Notes under the pieces: model-generated
What the model saw: the letters and a program-made list of their open reading frames with translations, nothing else
The model's database searches: none
What the model was told of the DNA's origin: nothing
Origin: Camelus ferus
Taxonomy: Eukaryota
Reading direction: 5' to 3'
Length of the DNA stretch: 64,000 bases
NCBI RefSeq assembly: GCF_009834535.1
Contig: NC_045697.1
Location: 92,444,001 to 92,508,000 of the forward strand
Position numbers and translations under genes: made by a program
Shown here: positions 13,108 to 28,329 of the stretch, in pieces
Layout of the letters: each line of letters begins with the position of its first letter
Position numbering within the stretch: the first letter of the stretch is position 1

Positions 13108-16100
13108 AAATGAACCTGAAAACTAGTTTTGATTGTGTCTTAATTTAATCAGATAGTTTCTTGAAAAGTGTCAGCATCCTTGTTTATTCAGCTTTTTATC
13201 TCGAGGCAATTTAAAATTTATAGATGTTGATGATGATGATATTGTTTTGAAATGTCCATGCATCAGAAAAAAATGTGAACAAATGTAAATATAAAATCCT
13301 CTTATAGTAATACCAAGATTTTTATTTTATTTAGGAGAATAGATTAGTAGAAAATACCCTAAGATCTTTCTTTAATTTTAGTCGCCATCGACCACCCCAG
13401 AGAGATAAAGCACCTATCCATTAAAATACAAGGTAAGGTCAGAAATTATTAGTACCTCCCATTTTGGCTAATGACAGGGGTCTTGATCAAAGTATAGAGA
13501 AGACCTAAGATTTTCCACATGGATGAGCTGGGCATGTTAATCCAAAATAATCTTGTACTTTGATATTTTATGGGGGATTTGTTGAAGACTTCCTGCCTAC
13601 AACTAGAATCCTACAATAGAACTATATAGGGACTAGGTAAGGCAGTTAGAAACTTTCCATTTGAGACAGAAGAAACTACCTTTGAGAAAATCAGAGTTGG
13701 ACCAAGACCCTGATGTTAATGTAGCTTAAAAATACAGGTGGAAAAAAATGTCAGCAGTAGAGATAAAAATATTTGACTGAGATTTAAAAGAAGCTGAGAC
13801 AATAATTAATTCAGTTAAAGGGTTAAGATCTACCATATAAATATAAGATATGAATGTTACCTCTGCTATAAAAGGAAAGAGTTAGAGGATGAGTAAAGAT
13901 TTAAAATCTTTTGAGATGATAAAGACAAATCTTGTCTAGCAAAAGGACAGTTGAAAATAAAACCTTAGTCTGAATTTCTTGCTTGGACTACAGGTATAAA
14001 TGCAGTAATGAAATAAACATGTAGAAATTTTATAAGAAAAAAAGCATGAGGTTACTTTCCATGGTAAAATCATGTTGTTCCTTAAAAGAAGTGGAAGAAG
14101 CAGGAGGAAGAGGGAAACAAATAGGAAAAAAGTAGGATAAAAAAATAATAAAATAAAGAAATAGTACTTGGAGATCACAAACACATTTATAGCTTTTAGC
14201 ATTTACAGTAGTTAGGGTGGTCCAGAAGTATCTGCTGAAGGACAAAGAAGAAAAGAAAATGAAAGAGAATATTACCAAAGTTATTAGGAAATAATAACTT
14301 CTAAATTTCTTATTTTGAAGTAAAGTAAATAAAGTGCACTAAGGAAAGTTTGCCTAGCATAAGAAGTATTTTTGTCTTAAAAAAAATTCTGATGGTGATC
14401 TGACTGCCTTTTACCTGGCCAAAGTCTAGAATAAAGTTTATCACTTGTCAGAATTAAAGGAGAATTTTAGTGCATGTAATATTCTTAAAATTTGTTAAAT
14501 TCGGAGGGCTTTGAGGGCATATGAAGCTGCAGAGTCTTTGTAGGATCTTATAGGAAATAATAGCTTAATTAACTCTGTAGGATGGTAATATTTGGCCAGT
14601 TATCAAGGTTCTTTGGAGCCTAATATTAGGGAGACTAAGGACATGAGTTCAGTCCCTCAAGGAACTTGTAATTATGTTCATGGGCATAGGCTTTCTAATC
14701 ACACTTCAAGGCATCTCTCTGATGCATGCCACCCATCTCAGAATGAAACAGGGAGTATGAATGAATCACTGCTATGGGAAGTTAAAGATAATGGAGCCAG
14801 TAACACGGTGATGGCCTTATAAAGGCAATGGCTACCCAGGAGGAAGTGCCCAGTAATTATCCTAAAGCTAATGTTTCTTTCTTTTTTAGTTTTGCTTCGG
14901 TTCTATTTTGGTTTTGTTTCTGTGTGCAAGGGTGTTTTTTTTACTACTGTTTTTTGGCCATTGCTCAGCCACATTTGTCATGATCAATCTATTCGGTATG
15001 CCTACATATTTTAGAAGCAAATAGAATCTTCAGTGACAAAGACAGTAATTCACATTAACTTATATCTTGCCACTGTGAAAATCTCCAATACAAATTTAAT
15101 GGAAAAACACTATTACCTGAAATCTCTAGGGAGGCAAGCCACAGTGGGTATCACAAAATAATTTTGATTTTTATTAGCGTACATTACTAAAATCACAGAC
15201 TCAGTTCTTTATTTCATTATATGATTAAAACCACTTTTTTTTGCCATTTTATTTTAGTTGAAATAATTGTACTTCGAAAAACATACAAAATTAATTATTA
15301 TAAGTAATAAAAACCCTCATTGATTATTTTCAGATAGAAAATCCCCCTGATACTAATTTACATTTCAAATTACAGTGACTTCTATAGTATCAATAATTTA
15401 AAGCCAAGTGTGGAATGAGTGTCACTTCACCTATAATGCATCATGTGTGATTATGTAAGCGATAATATATAAGATTACAGATAGAAGAGTCCTTTAAGTT
15501 GTGTGTTAAGATAAAAAAGTTACACACTGTCCAATCTATTGAAAAATAATGGTATAAAAATTGCATATTATCACTAGACAATAATGTATAGTGCCATGTA
15601 GAATATCCGTGATTAGCGATCCAGCTAATGAATTTGAAAATATCTTTCACAATGTTCCTAAGCTATCTTTTTAAATTAAAATATTTCAAAACATTGAGAT
15701 AAATAAGAGATTTTGTTTGTTTGTTTAGGAATTAGATGTCTTAGATGATCAAAGATTCACTCAAAGCCATTCCCTACGTAGCCCCATCAGACAGCTTCTT
15801 AATGTGTTTTTTGTATTTATCAGGAAGATTCAAGTCTTGTCATGGTCTGTGGAGCTGACTGACTTCAAATCTTGAAGCCTCATGGGTTTCCCTCTGGAAA
15901 GGAAAAAGAATGAATTCAGTACTATACCTCCCTTGAAATCCAGCCCTTTTGTCTAATAGCTTTAAAATTAGCAGTGAGCCCGGGGGAGTCATTTAGTGCT
16001 GCTCTGAATGTTAAAGCATGAAAAGTCTTTTGATTTGAATCTTGGGAGGCTTACCATTTTTGTTTTATCTTAATAAGAATCCAAGACTTTAACTTTGTTT

Positions 16101-16514
16101 TTAATATGATAAATGTGCAAGGCATCATGCCATTTCTTGTCAACCACTTCTTACAGATGGTGTAACATAAGAAACAAACTTTCTGTGCTTGAAAAACAAA
16201 GTCCTGAATGGACAGCTTATTTCTTCATACATCTTTTCTTTTCTTTAAAGAGGACATATTGGTGCATCTGAAGTTGACTGACTTAAGTAATCTGATACTC
16301 AGCCTATAATCTGTATCTAACACTCTACCCTGATTAGCCACATCTTGGATACTCTGACTTTTATCCTGGTGATCCTGACATTTCTATATATGAAGTGAAC
16401 CTGAACATTATTTTAATTAAAACTGAAGGGCAACCACATTATTTAGTGACTCTTAGATTCACAGCTTTGAGTTTGATGTATTACATGTATTACCTTGCTT
16501 AAAATTCATAACAC

Positions 16515-16740
16515 AGTGACATAGGTATAATTTTCCTGGTTTCATTAATGAGAAGACTAAAACTAAGAAAATTTAGGTAATTGTCCAAGGCCTTACAACA
16601 AGTTTGAGCCTGATCCTATATCTATAAAATGCAACCAGCTATATCTTTATCTCTTAACTGTTACAAGGATAAAATAAGATACTATATATCAATTATCTGG
16701 CATCCAATAGACATTCAAAGTGAATACTAGTTATTTTATG
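16515..16740. mobile_element. MIR fragments (a reverse piece followed by a forward piece)
   Basis: aatgagaagactaaaactaagaaaatttaggtaattgtccaagg (reverse core), then atctataaaatg...caaggataaaataagata (forward). Confidence 0.55.
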
Positions 16741-17401
16741 TTGCTGTCATTATAGTGACCATAGTAGGTAGGAGTACATGATTTGAATCAGAATCTCCCT
16801 GGCATTGAAACTCCTTTTACCTTCAAGTAGTATATTTCAAGAAAACCTGAGTTTGGTAACTTATGATTTGATAGAGCTGTAGTCTACAGTTTTGACTTAT
16901 TAAAAAAATTTCAAAAAGTTCTATAATTAAGTTTATGTATAGTTAAATAGGCTTTTCTTAAATTTAAGGGAACTGAAGATTGACTTCCAAAATATTTAGT
17001 ATGACCTAATGAATTCTTAGTGAACTACAAACTTTTCAAGTCAAAATGTGCTCTCATTCTTTTTATTTAATATCAACCATAATTAAAATGTTCAAATCAT
17101 GAATATTAAAAACATCTTTAAAAAGAAATGACTTTTCTAAAATAGAATACCACTTGAATTATACTGATGACCCAAAATAATCTACCTTTTTTAAGTGGAG
17201 GAAGTTGATTGATTTCCACTGACAAATAAAAATTACCACATGCTGATTCGAATAGGTAATTAACACAGGCATTCACTTAAGAAGGATCAACTGTCCTCTT
17301 TGTATTTTAAGTTTCTTTGGGTATGTGTTTTATTAATTGAAATCCACTTCTTGTTATCTGCCTCTTCTTCCACACACCAGCATCTGTTACTGGGCTTTAC
17401 A

Positions 17402-17404
<3 letters not shown>

Positions 17405-17455
<51 letters not shown>
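17405..17455. repeat. (CA)n microsatellite, about 25 units
   Basis: Directly visible. Confidence 0.97.
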
Positions 17456-17459
<4 letters not shown>

Positions 17460-17591
17460 TGCACAGTGATGATAAACTGAAGAGAATGTTTTAATTTCTC
17501 TTTCTTCTACGTCAATGTTAAAAAAAAAAGTGATATGCAAAATTCCTTTCCACATCTGAATTATTATTTGAAATAATCCCCTAATATTTTT

Positions 17592-18047
17592 TATATTAGT
17601 CTAGTCAGGGTTATCCAGAGAAATGGAACCACTATTATATATAATAAGAGATTAGCTCACACAATTATGGGGGCTGAGAAGTCCCAAGGCCTGCAGTCAG
17701 TGAACTGGAGACCTAAGAGTCAATGTGTATTTCCAGTCTATCCAAAGGCCTGAGAACCAGGAGTGCCAGCGACATAGTTCTAGTCCAAGCCAGAAAAGAC
17801 CAATGTCCAGCTCAACCCTCAAGCAGGAGGAATTTCCTCCTGCTCAGTCTTTTTGTTCTATTCAGGTGTTCAGTTGTTTGGATGAGGCTCATCTATTTAG
17901 GTTGTGAAATCTGCTTTATTCAGCCTATGAATTCAGATACTAATCTTATCCAGCAACAGCCTCAAAGACACACCCAGAATAATGTTTGGTTAAATGTCTG
18001 AACACTCTGAGGCCCAGTCAAGTTGACACATAAAATTAACTATCACA
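17592..18047 (-). mobile_element. ERVL LTR (MLT2B-like), near full length
   Basis: tagtcagggttatccagagaaa ... ggctgagaagtcccaag ... gcccagtcaagttgacacataaaattaactatcaca, the reverse complement of the MLT2 start. Confidence 0.92.
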
Positions 18048-18064
18048 ATTTAAAAAATTGTTTT

Positions 18065-18640
18065 TGATTAAGCTTTCTATTTTGAGATGACTGTAAATTC
18101 ACTTGCAGTAAAGAAGTAATACAGAAAAATCCCAGAGATTTTATGCAAAGAAACTGGTCTTTACCCAGTTTCCCCCAGTGGTTACATATTGCAAAGCTAC
18201 AGTGTAATATCACAGCCATTATATTGACACTGAAGGTAAATACTATTTCTGTTGGAACAGGGATCCCTCATGTTGTAATTTTAAACCACATCTACTTCCT
18301 TCTCTCCACCATACCTCCTAAAACTTCTGGCAGTGACTAACCTGATTCCTGTTTTTAAAATTTTGTCATTTTAAGAATGTTGTATAAATTTAATCACATA
18401 GTATGTAACGGTTAGCTTTAACTTTTTCACTTGGCATAATTCTCTGGAAATTCAACCAGGTTGCTGACTGTATCAGTAGTTGTTTCTTCTTCTTCTTCTT
18501 CTCCTCCTCCTCCTAGTATTACTATTACTCCTTGGTATGGATCTACGACAGTTATTCATCCACTGAAAGACATGGATTATTTCAAGTTTTGTCTATTGCA
18601 AGTAAAGTTGATATAAATGCTGTATGCAGTGTTTTTTTTA
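18065..18640 (-). mobile_element. L1MC-like 3' end
   Basis: tattttgagatgactgtaaattcac...agtaatacaga ... ttacccagtttcccccagtggttaca ... catccactgaaagacat. Confidence 0.85.
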
Positions 18641-21600
18641 AACAAAGTTTTCTTTCTATTTTTATTTCTAAACTGCCATACTTATTCATTCTTATGTCTA
18701 TATTAAGCTCATATCAATACCTTATCACTAGTATTTGTACTAAATATCTTCCCCCTGACCTATATAGGACAAATGAGACCTCTAACTCTAATTTATTTTA
18801 TATGTGACTTCTTTAATAAACCTTTGCTTTGTATATGAAGCTAATGTAAAACCAGTTCATTTTGGAATATGTGTAAACCAAATGCTATATATAAATTTGA
18901 ATTTCTCAGTTATTATTTACATATTTAACAACTATTTATTAACATCCATTTGGACAAGAAGCTTTGTAATTAATTGGATATCAGTAGTATATAAGATAAA
19001 TGTGGTCTTACTGCCTTGAGATATACATGTTATATGTACATGTATAGTTCATATCCTTTACCTTACCCACCTACCCACCAACACTTTTCTCTATAAGTAC
19101 ATACACACAATACACATAATAACACAATCCAGATAGAAATGAGTGTTCTAGTAGTAGTTTCTTATTTGCTAAAGCTGGAAAGTGTTTAAATTAGAATGAC
19201 AATTTTCACTGATGATTTAAGAGCTAATTAACTGTCAGCTCCATCCCTCTTGGATTTTTTTTTTTTTTCCTGACTCTGAATAGCTCCTGCTTATCTTTGT
19301 ATGTTTTCAGGAACAGAGTATGTTTTCAGGAACAGCATGTGTTCCAAAGCATCTTCAAATTTTCAGAGAGACAACAGAAGTGCAGCTTATGGTCATTTTT
19401 AGTAGAAATAAAAACACCAAACCATTCTCTTTCTCTCTCTCTCTGATTCACTAGTGATATGGAGCTGTGAAATAAAACATCTTAAAAATAATTTTCCTTA
19501 GTGAGATATAATATTTATTCAATTGTTTAAATAGTCTTTTGTTCAAAATTTGAAATACATTTAGTAGCCTGGACACTTCTCTATTTCAGAAGTCAACCAT
19601 ATAGATTATATGCTTCCTGAGAACAGAGGTTATCTTTCATCCACCATTTTATTATCGGCTCCAATCACTGTGACTCATATTCATTAGATCACAGTTGAAT
19701 CAAGAGCTGAATGGCAAGAAGGAGTCAGCCAATATCTGGTGACAGCGTGTTCCAAATGCACAAATGTCAAGGACATAGAAGAAGGCATGATAAATAAGAG
19801 CCAAATATAATAAAAGACAGGAAGAAATTGTAGAGAGAGAGGAGCCAAGGAATGAGCTCTGTAGTGTTTCAATATTCACAAAAATGCACCGAGCACACAG
19901 TAACTTCTCAAAAAAATCTATAAGAATTAAGACATTTACCTAAGGATCCAGAGAAATTCGGTATACTTTTGAATCACTCTGTTTATATAAGTAATAATTA
20001 ACTAAAATACAGAAACAATTAGCCAGCCACAAATTATGTTCGTATGTATAGCATCCAGTTTAAACATCCCATCATTTAAAAAAATAATGTCTAAAGACCT
20101 CCAATTATATTAAGAATGTGTTTCAAAAGATTTAATACTTAATGTATGCTTTGGAATCCTTCTTTTATTATTCCTTACATGGTTTTGTTTAAATATAAAT
20201 GATGCCCTGAATGTACGTTGGGAATGGACCAGTGGAAGGGCATTGAAAAAGCCTGGTGCCATGGCCTTTGTTATGTCTCTTAGTGATGCTTCCCTTAGGT
20301 TGACTGATGGGGATGGGGTGTAAGGCTACGTTCATATCTTACTGTTGGGCTTATCTCAGAAAGGGAGCTGAGAAGAGACAGATTTCTGCCTGAAAATTTG
20401 TCTGACCTGCTGCATAATTCCAAGAAAAAAAGGTGCTTGGTGTCATGGTGATCACGAATGATCATGAAATTCCAAGATGAAAGAGGTAGGGAAAGGCCAT
20501 TACTTGTTGGGCTCTTTAAAAAAAGGGAAAAAAAGTCCCAAAGATCCTTCATAAAATATTAATATATTACTAAAATTAAATGGAACTTTTGTAGTTCTTA
20601 ATCTCTCTTGTAACCTGAAACTACTAACTTATCTCCCTCCTAGACCTCTGAGTTCTGCTGTTTTACCCTTTGATACACTCCAGCTGCAGTTTCATTGCCT
20701 GTGGCTCCTTGCAGGGTGACTGGAAGCTTTAAAGCCCCCTATGACCTTGTGATATATTTTATCAAAAAATCACTTCTGTGCTCTGAATTAGCAATCCATT
20801 GGCTTTCTCTAAAATTTCTTGAATGGCTGCTGGTAATCCTCTCAATTATAAACTGGTTCAGACTTAGGTTGTTAACGGTAGCCTTTGACTATTTTTTAAA
20901 TCTCCTTGATTTAAAAAAAAAAATTAGTTTTCTATATTGCAACCAACTTGGAACAAAGACTACCTAGTTGTAAGTTTAGCATGTATTACATAAAGCTTGA
21001 GAGTCCCAGGTCCATAATACTGTTGAAACTGAAAGCACTCTTTTCCTTATGAGGAGGTTTAAGTCACTGATTGATGGAAGTTGATAGTTAAAGCTACATC
21101 AGTTCTGTTTCCCAGTTTATTGGATTGTAACCCACCTAACTTTTTATTCTAGGCTATTTGTGACCACTAAAAAAATCATTTAGAAACAAAAAAGACAAGA
21201 ACTGCTCTACTATTTGCAATGCTGGGCTAAATCAGGAATGAAGACATGTGCTCTTTGTTTTGTCTTGTTTGCATTTTTGCTTTAACTTTCTTCAAAATAG
21301 TTTGAAGTTTTATGTCACTCTGTTCTGCTATGACATGACACTTCATGGGAACTTATTTAGAGAAATAAACACCAGATCTGTACCCTGTGAGTATAAATTA
21401 TAAACAATTAGTCATAGGCTTAGAAATTAAAACTACAGACCTCCATATTTTGTTGCCAGGAGTTTTCATCCCCTCAGGCTATCTTTTTTCCTTTGTAAAA
21501 GTACTGCCAATAAATTAGTGATTTTTAATATACTAGACCTTCAAGAAGGATAAGAAGAAAGATAAGAGAAATAAAGTCTCAATTGAGATGTAAATAATCT

Positions 21601-24600
21601 AAATGAAGATAATCAAGAAAGATAGTGTCAGTGAATGTTTTCTGATGATCTAGAATCCAGAAAAATATCATTTTCATATATCATTATCATATTCTGCCAT
21701 TCCTTTGAATGTGAACCTGAAACTGTCTGAAAAATCTCTTTTAATCTAGACCTTTAATGGAATGTAATGTTCAGGTTGATTTTTTTTACTGTGAAATGTT
21801 TCCCAGAAACATACATCATGAAGTGAGATTTGGTGGTGACATATTAAGTAAGAGAGGAATGCTTCTGTTCTCAAAGCCCCATAATGAATATGGCAGATGA
21901 AAACTGAGAAATTTGACAAGAATCAAGACTAAGAAATATTACCATTTTCCATCCATAAATAAATTATAAACTCACCTATAGTGATTATTCATACTTCTCT
22001 ATATAAGCAAAGATAGGCAAAAATTTAGAACACTTTTCTACTCCTTGCCCACTCCAATTCATATTTACAGGTTTTATCAGTAGCTGCGGAATCTTGCCAT
22101 TCAAGTAAAAATGTACTTATATATCTTACATAAAAATGGAGAAAAATTTGAGGATTACTATTTAATACCCTCAACTTATTTTTTCAAGCAGAAAATCTAT
22201 GGCTAGAAAGAGGATGCAGGGTTCAATCAAGAAACAAACTCAATCCAAATGAGGCAAATATACTGTCAAAAAAATAACTAGGGAGTAAAGGGATGAGGAC
22301 TATTTTAAATTGTCTTGGGAAGAAAATTTCTACTATTATTGGTTAAATCAACTCAAAAGAAAGATACAGATTTCTTTAAATGAGGTTATTTTCTCAACAT
22401 TGTTTATGCATCATTATTCTCCACAATTAATGAGAAGATTATTAGTGATAACTCATGTATACTGAACTCAGGATAACAACATAAAGTTTTAAAATACGTC
22501 TTTTAGTCTTACAGTGGTGCTTTCCAGCCAATACCAGGATTTGAAACAAGCATGAGACACACTTTGCAGCATGGGGTAGGATTATCTCCAGTGTTAGTGA
22601 AGGATTATAGAGACAGATTAAGGATGGTTTCAGTAAAAAATCACTGTGGCAGTTTGGTTCAGGAAGAGTGGAAGTTGCTTTACAATCCAATATTACCTCA
22701 GGCTTCTGACACTGAATATTTGGGAGCACTTGGATATCTTTTTCTTTTTGCAATGAATCATTTTTATACATGGGTTTCTTGAGTAGTTCTGCTGAATTTA
22801 CACCTCAGATCTGAATTTTAGACAAAGAGGCACCACATATAAAAATGGAGAGTGCTTTTAGTTACACTCTAATTGTCACAATGGAAAGATTTGATTTTAA
22901 TTTCAGACTTCAAGAGCATATAAAAATATTGTTGTAATTTCTCCCTTGCCTCTGATAAATATTACCTTGCACTCAGTTTCTCATTCTAACTTTCTCCACA
23001 ATAAATGTCACCTACTTCCTTATCAAAAAAAGATTATTGTATGAATTACAACTTAGTGCTAATAAAAAATTACGCCATGAAATGTAGGGTATTCTTTAGA
23101 GAAGTGAACCAAGTAGTTGTTCATGAACCATTTAAGCTTATAAATGCAATTTAAATTGCTAATGTAAACTATCAGAAGGAAACACCTGTAAGTTTTCAGT
23201 CAGGCATCCACTGATTTTTAACCAAATCAATAAATTATAGTAGAACAATGTATTTGCATCACCCAATCAAAACAAATAAAGACTATCTTATTATCATAAA
23301 AGCAATAAAAAAGGCTTGCACAGCATTCTTCCCTTAATTTGTCTTTCACTCTGCACCATAAAGATAACAAAGTGCTGCATTTCCAAAGAACATATTGTTT
23401 TACTCTGTATGTTTTTCATCACTGAAGTCTAGAGAGTACTGTTTTTTAATTTGCTGATGGAATCCATCAATTAGAATTAGTATAAATGTTGTAAGAGGAT
23501 AATGACAATGGGTGTGAAAGAGAGAGGGATGTGTAGTATGAGTTAATGGTGCTTTAATGGCACTTCTCATTGGATTCATGGCAGGGTTTATCTGATGAAT
23601 AACTTACGGATATGTCAAAGCTGAGGAAGGAGAATGTAGTTAAAGTCATTTGATTAGAGACATTCATGTAAGAAAGACGGAATCAACCTCTGTGATTAAC
23701 TGTTATTAAATCCTTATATATGAGTATAATTTTTTAAAATTGCTGACGTCCTTGGTTCCTTGGCCTCAGTGTCAACTAAGCAAAGTTTTTATTCCTGTCT
23801 GCCACTAACAAGCTACATGACTTAAGAACATTCACTATGGTAAAATTTAGGAGTCTTTAAGTTTTCCCCTATGAGAAGAAATTTTCAAACTTTCTTCCAT
23901 CTTTAAGGCTCTATAAACCTAGTTACTCTAATAGATGGTGATCCAGGTGACCAAAGTTCACTGCATGCAAGTCTTGATTACAAGTGTGGAGTGCCTTGTC
24001 AGGTGTCATGAAGATGTGATATTCATTAAAAGCTAAAATTGATCTGATTCCAGTGTGGCTGGCTAAATTGGAGAGCCTAAACAGCTGTCTGTGGTGGAGT
24101 TTGGAGTGTAGATTAACACTACCAAATTTCAGGTATTTTCCCACTGACCTCTGCTCTGAACCAGAAAAATTATCAATAATAATGAACATAATAAAATAAT
24201 CCCTTGGTGAAACACATAATTAACAAGTAAGCATGGGCCAGCCTAGGCTATCTTGGATACTTTTGTCTCTGAGACAAGTTATAAAAAAGTATCATTGGTG
24301 GGCAGAGTAATGAAACTTGGCTTTTGGAAAAGTAAGGAAAGATGGGAATAAGCAACCTAAAATGCTTGGTCATTCTATGGAGAGAGTCCAGCCTAAGATT
24401 AAATAGGTTTTTGCCTAGAGCCTCTCAGCGTGGCCAACAGATAGAACAGAAATGAACATGAACAAAATTTTGTACAAATTTGAAAAAATATATAGGGATA
24501 CAAACATTGCTATTTACTGATTATGCCTTAGCACAACAAACTTTCTCTGGGCCACAAATAGTTCTTCATTTATAGCCTGCAGAAAATTGCTTATAAATAA

Positions 24601-27600
24601 AAGTGAAATGAATACATGGTGGAATTTAGCAAAAAATTAGGTCATCATTCTGCACCTTTACATACATGTCAGTAATGTTTAAAATCTACTGTGAGTTGTG
24701 CCATTATTTCTGGAAAGAATAGTGAAGTTTCATATATTTTAAATTCATCAAAAGAAAGAAAAAGTATTTCTCTTTCAACCAAGTATGGCTGTATAATTAA
24801 GTCAGTCAGATTGAATTAAAACAGCTAAATTAACTTGAAGCCCTTTCTGCCATCCACTGTAAGTCTGCAATTTTTAATTAATGTTTAAAATGCAGTTTGC
24901 TTGTAGTTGATATTTAATTTATAGCTATAAACAAAATATGTAAGCTTATGGTAATTTGAGTATTTTCCCCCTAAAAGATTCTTTTGGCCTTAAAGTGATA
25001 GAAAATGAATACAAATACAATTTAGCTCTTTTGTAATTAATGTTTCACTTCCTTGTTGTTTTACTTTTAAGTAAATTAAAACTTAATATACCATAAACCC
25101 AAGTAACGGGGTATTAATAGTCTTTAAAATATAGCTCAGAAACTATGGAATCTGAGCTACGTGGTTGCCAATTTCCCAAGCATCCCATTTGAAATTCTAG
25201 GATAATTCCATATCATATTACATAGTCAAGTATGAGTAAAATGATGGGCCCTTGGGGAATATAAATTCATCAGGGTACATACAGAGTATAATCTGGACCT
25301 TATTTCTTTGACAAGTCTTTATTTATATGCTTGTTATAAAAACATTCTAAGCAAAATATGAAATTTACTATTAAAATTTACATTTAGTTCAGATAGCTAA
25401 AGCATGACTTATCTCACCATGTCATAATGTTATATAAATATGTGAAATTTCTTATGGATATAAGAATAAAAACAATTTTTGAAGAAAATAAATATTTGTC
25501 TGAACTAAATAATTACAGAAAAATCAAATGCTGCAAATCAAGCTGAAAAATGACCTAGTGACTGTTACTTATTTGTTGTGCTGTTGGAATCTGTTAAATG
25601 TAAAATTAAAATGTATGGAAATTTTGCAAGTTTGACCTAATATGTGACAACAACAGTTTAAAAGCAACCTGTCTCCCTGATGTAAAGGTTCACATAGAAG
25701 TTCTCCAGGTGTTTAAAAGATACATTTTCTGACTGTGCCTACCGTAGATTTCAAGGAATGTGAATGTATAGAGACCCAAAGATACTCCCAGTGCCAAATA
25801 GGCACAGCTATCTACATTTTAAAAAACTTTAATCTTGATGAAATTTTATTATGACTATTTCTATGTCAGAAACAGTTACAGTGAAACAACAAAAACAAAA
25901 CCAAAAAAAAAAAAAAAAAACTAAAAACAGAAAAGGAACAGATAGAGTGAGCATGCATCTTTTTCACTTATTTTTAGTATTTCAACCAATTCTGTAGGTA
26001 AATCTATTTAAAAATTAAGTGCCTTCCAAGAATATGTGTGATAATTTGCTAATGAAATTTTCAATAAAGTCAGAAAAATGATAACATAAGCTAAAGTCAT
26101 TGACTTTGAGATTAAGAAAATGTTTCTACATCCAAAAATATGTTTTGATCATTTACCAACTTTAAAATTAGAAATGTTTAATGAATTACCCATGACAACA
26201 GTATTTTATAACCTTTTATCTAGGATTTCATATTTTCGTGTAAAAATACTCTCAAAATAAATATAAAGTGTGTATTTTCAATTATGAAAGATATAGGGAT
26301 ATAAAAACATCAATAATACACAACCAACATAATAAAAATGCCAAACTTTCTAAGAAGTGAACATATTCATGATAGTTTTCACCTTTTTATTTTCAGTATT
26401 TTTCAGTGTTATGTATTACTTCAGTAAAAATAAAAACTGGAAATTACTTTGAAAAAAATCTGATTATGCATCTATGTATATACAATATACTCATAATTAT
26501 TACAGAAAATGCACAGAGCCAAAAGTTGAGAAGGAAGTACACTATAAAAAAGAGTAAGTGTGACTGTTTCTGAGCATTGGATTCTTAGGTGTTGTGCTTC
26601 CTTCTACTTGTTTGAACTTTCCAGCTTTTTTTTTTATTGAGCTTATTGATGACAAAAAAATTATTCTGAGAATTCTGGATTGTCTCTAACATGATTACAT
26701 TTAAGGAATTAATATTTAAATAACAGTGACTGTGAGATCTGTTTGTCATTTGTTCTTTAATCTCTCTTAAGAAGATATATACAATTCAAGGAAATGCCTT
26801 TACTCAGGATCCAAAAGAAAACAAAAAAATTTATAAAGGTGAAAATTTATTTTTATTTTTAAAATACAGGTGCAAGTTTTTGGTAACTTGAATGGACCCT
26901 GAGGCATATGCATTTAAAAATTTTAGATTTTGAACTCCTTAACTGTTGATGTCACAGTTGAATAAAAATGCAGTTAAACAAAAATTGTTAATTGCTCCCA
27001 AATGGAATTAATTGAACAGTCTCCTCAAATAAATTTAAAAAATATTTTATTAAAATTATGTTTAAAACGTTTAAAATTTAAATTAAAGCCCATAATAAAA
27101 GCTTTATAGTGGAAAACTTATACAAAGTTTAATGGTGTACTTTGTACATGTAAATCAGTAAATATAATTCAGTCTTTCTTTGATGACTGAGAATTTTACA
27201 ATGTCCAAGTTATCACTGTGAATGTTAGCTTGACTGTAGAGTATCATAACTTCAGACATAGTAAGAAATAGAACTGTACACTGCCTATCAACTTAATTTA
27301 ACTCAGCATTTTCTGTAGTAAACACTGTTCTCCTCACCATTACCATACCAACATGTCTTGATTATTTCTACCTTAAACAATTCCTAGGAAATGAGGCAAG
27401 TTTTTAGTTCCCATCACCCATTATAATCCTGCATTTTCTTTCCTTGATCATTTCAAGTGTCTCCTCAGAATAAGTTCTCCATGATAACCCCAGTTCATGC
27501 TCTTAGCTTATTCTTTATGACCTTATATTTTTGAGTAAAATTTATAGCCATTGAGCTTCAGTTTCTACATAATTTATAATTTAATTCACAAAATATAGTA

Positions 27601-28329
27601 TTTAAACACATGTAATCTATTTAAAGAAAATAAAACTATTTGTTCTTGTATGTCTGAGATAGGATGATAACTTTACCAAATCCTCCAGACTTAAATGACT
27701 TTATTTTTCCTAATAGTGTTATGGTGAGAAAATAAATAACCCCCCTTCTTTATTTTTATAAGTAAGAATGACCATTTATAATTAACTGCAGGAAAAAAAA
27801 TAGTTTTGTATGTTTAAGTCAATAATAAATCTGGTAAGTCCTTAAATAAAGGGTATTAAATAATGTATGGAAAATATCGTCAATATTTTTTTATAAATCT
27901 TTTAAGGAGACTGTTAAGATGGAAAGATTTTGTTTCATTATTTTTCTTTTTAATTAGTCAGCTCTCTGTAAGTGTGTTGAGGGAGATATTAAATCTTGCC
28001 AAAGCAGTTATGCAGTGAGTGAGATAGTATGTTTCAGGTACTACTATTTCTGTTTTAAAATATATATACAGACTTCATTCACTGCTGGGCCTGTTGAAGT
28101 AGCATTCAGGCATATCAGCTGATCTTTTCAATTTGGATCGCAAAATGTTGAGTGCAATTTTTAGGTAGTGTCTTCTGGGTCTGAATATTTATCTGTAAGT
28201 AAATACATAAATATAGCTGTAAGTTGGAATCGACAAATATTGTGCTTACTGAAGCATATTTATATTAGCAAACCATTTGTAAACCATTGAGGGTACCTCA
28301 CAAGATAGGGGTGAGGGGCGGGGGAAACT

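Noticed and set aside
15770..15910. Minus-strand splice acceptor (ttctttttcctttccag) followed by a putative exon
   Set aside because: All three frames stop within about 20 codons, I recognise no protein, and there is no strong donor; a non-coding or terminal exon cannot be excluded without RNA data.
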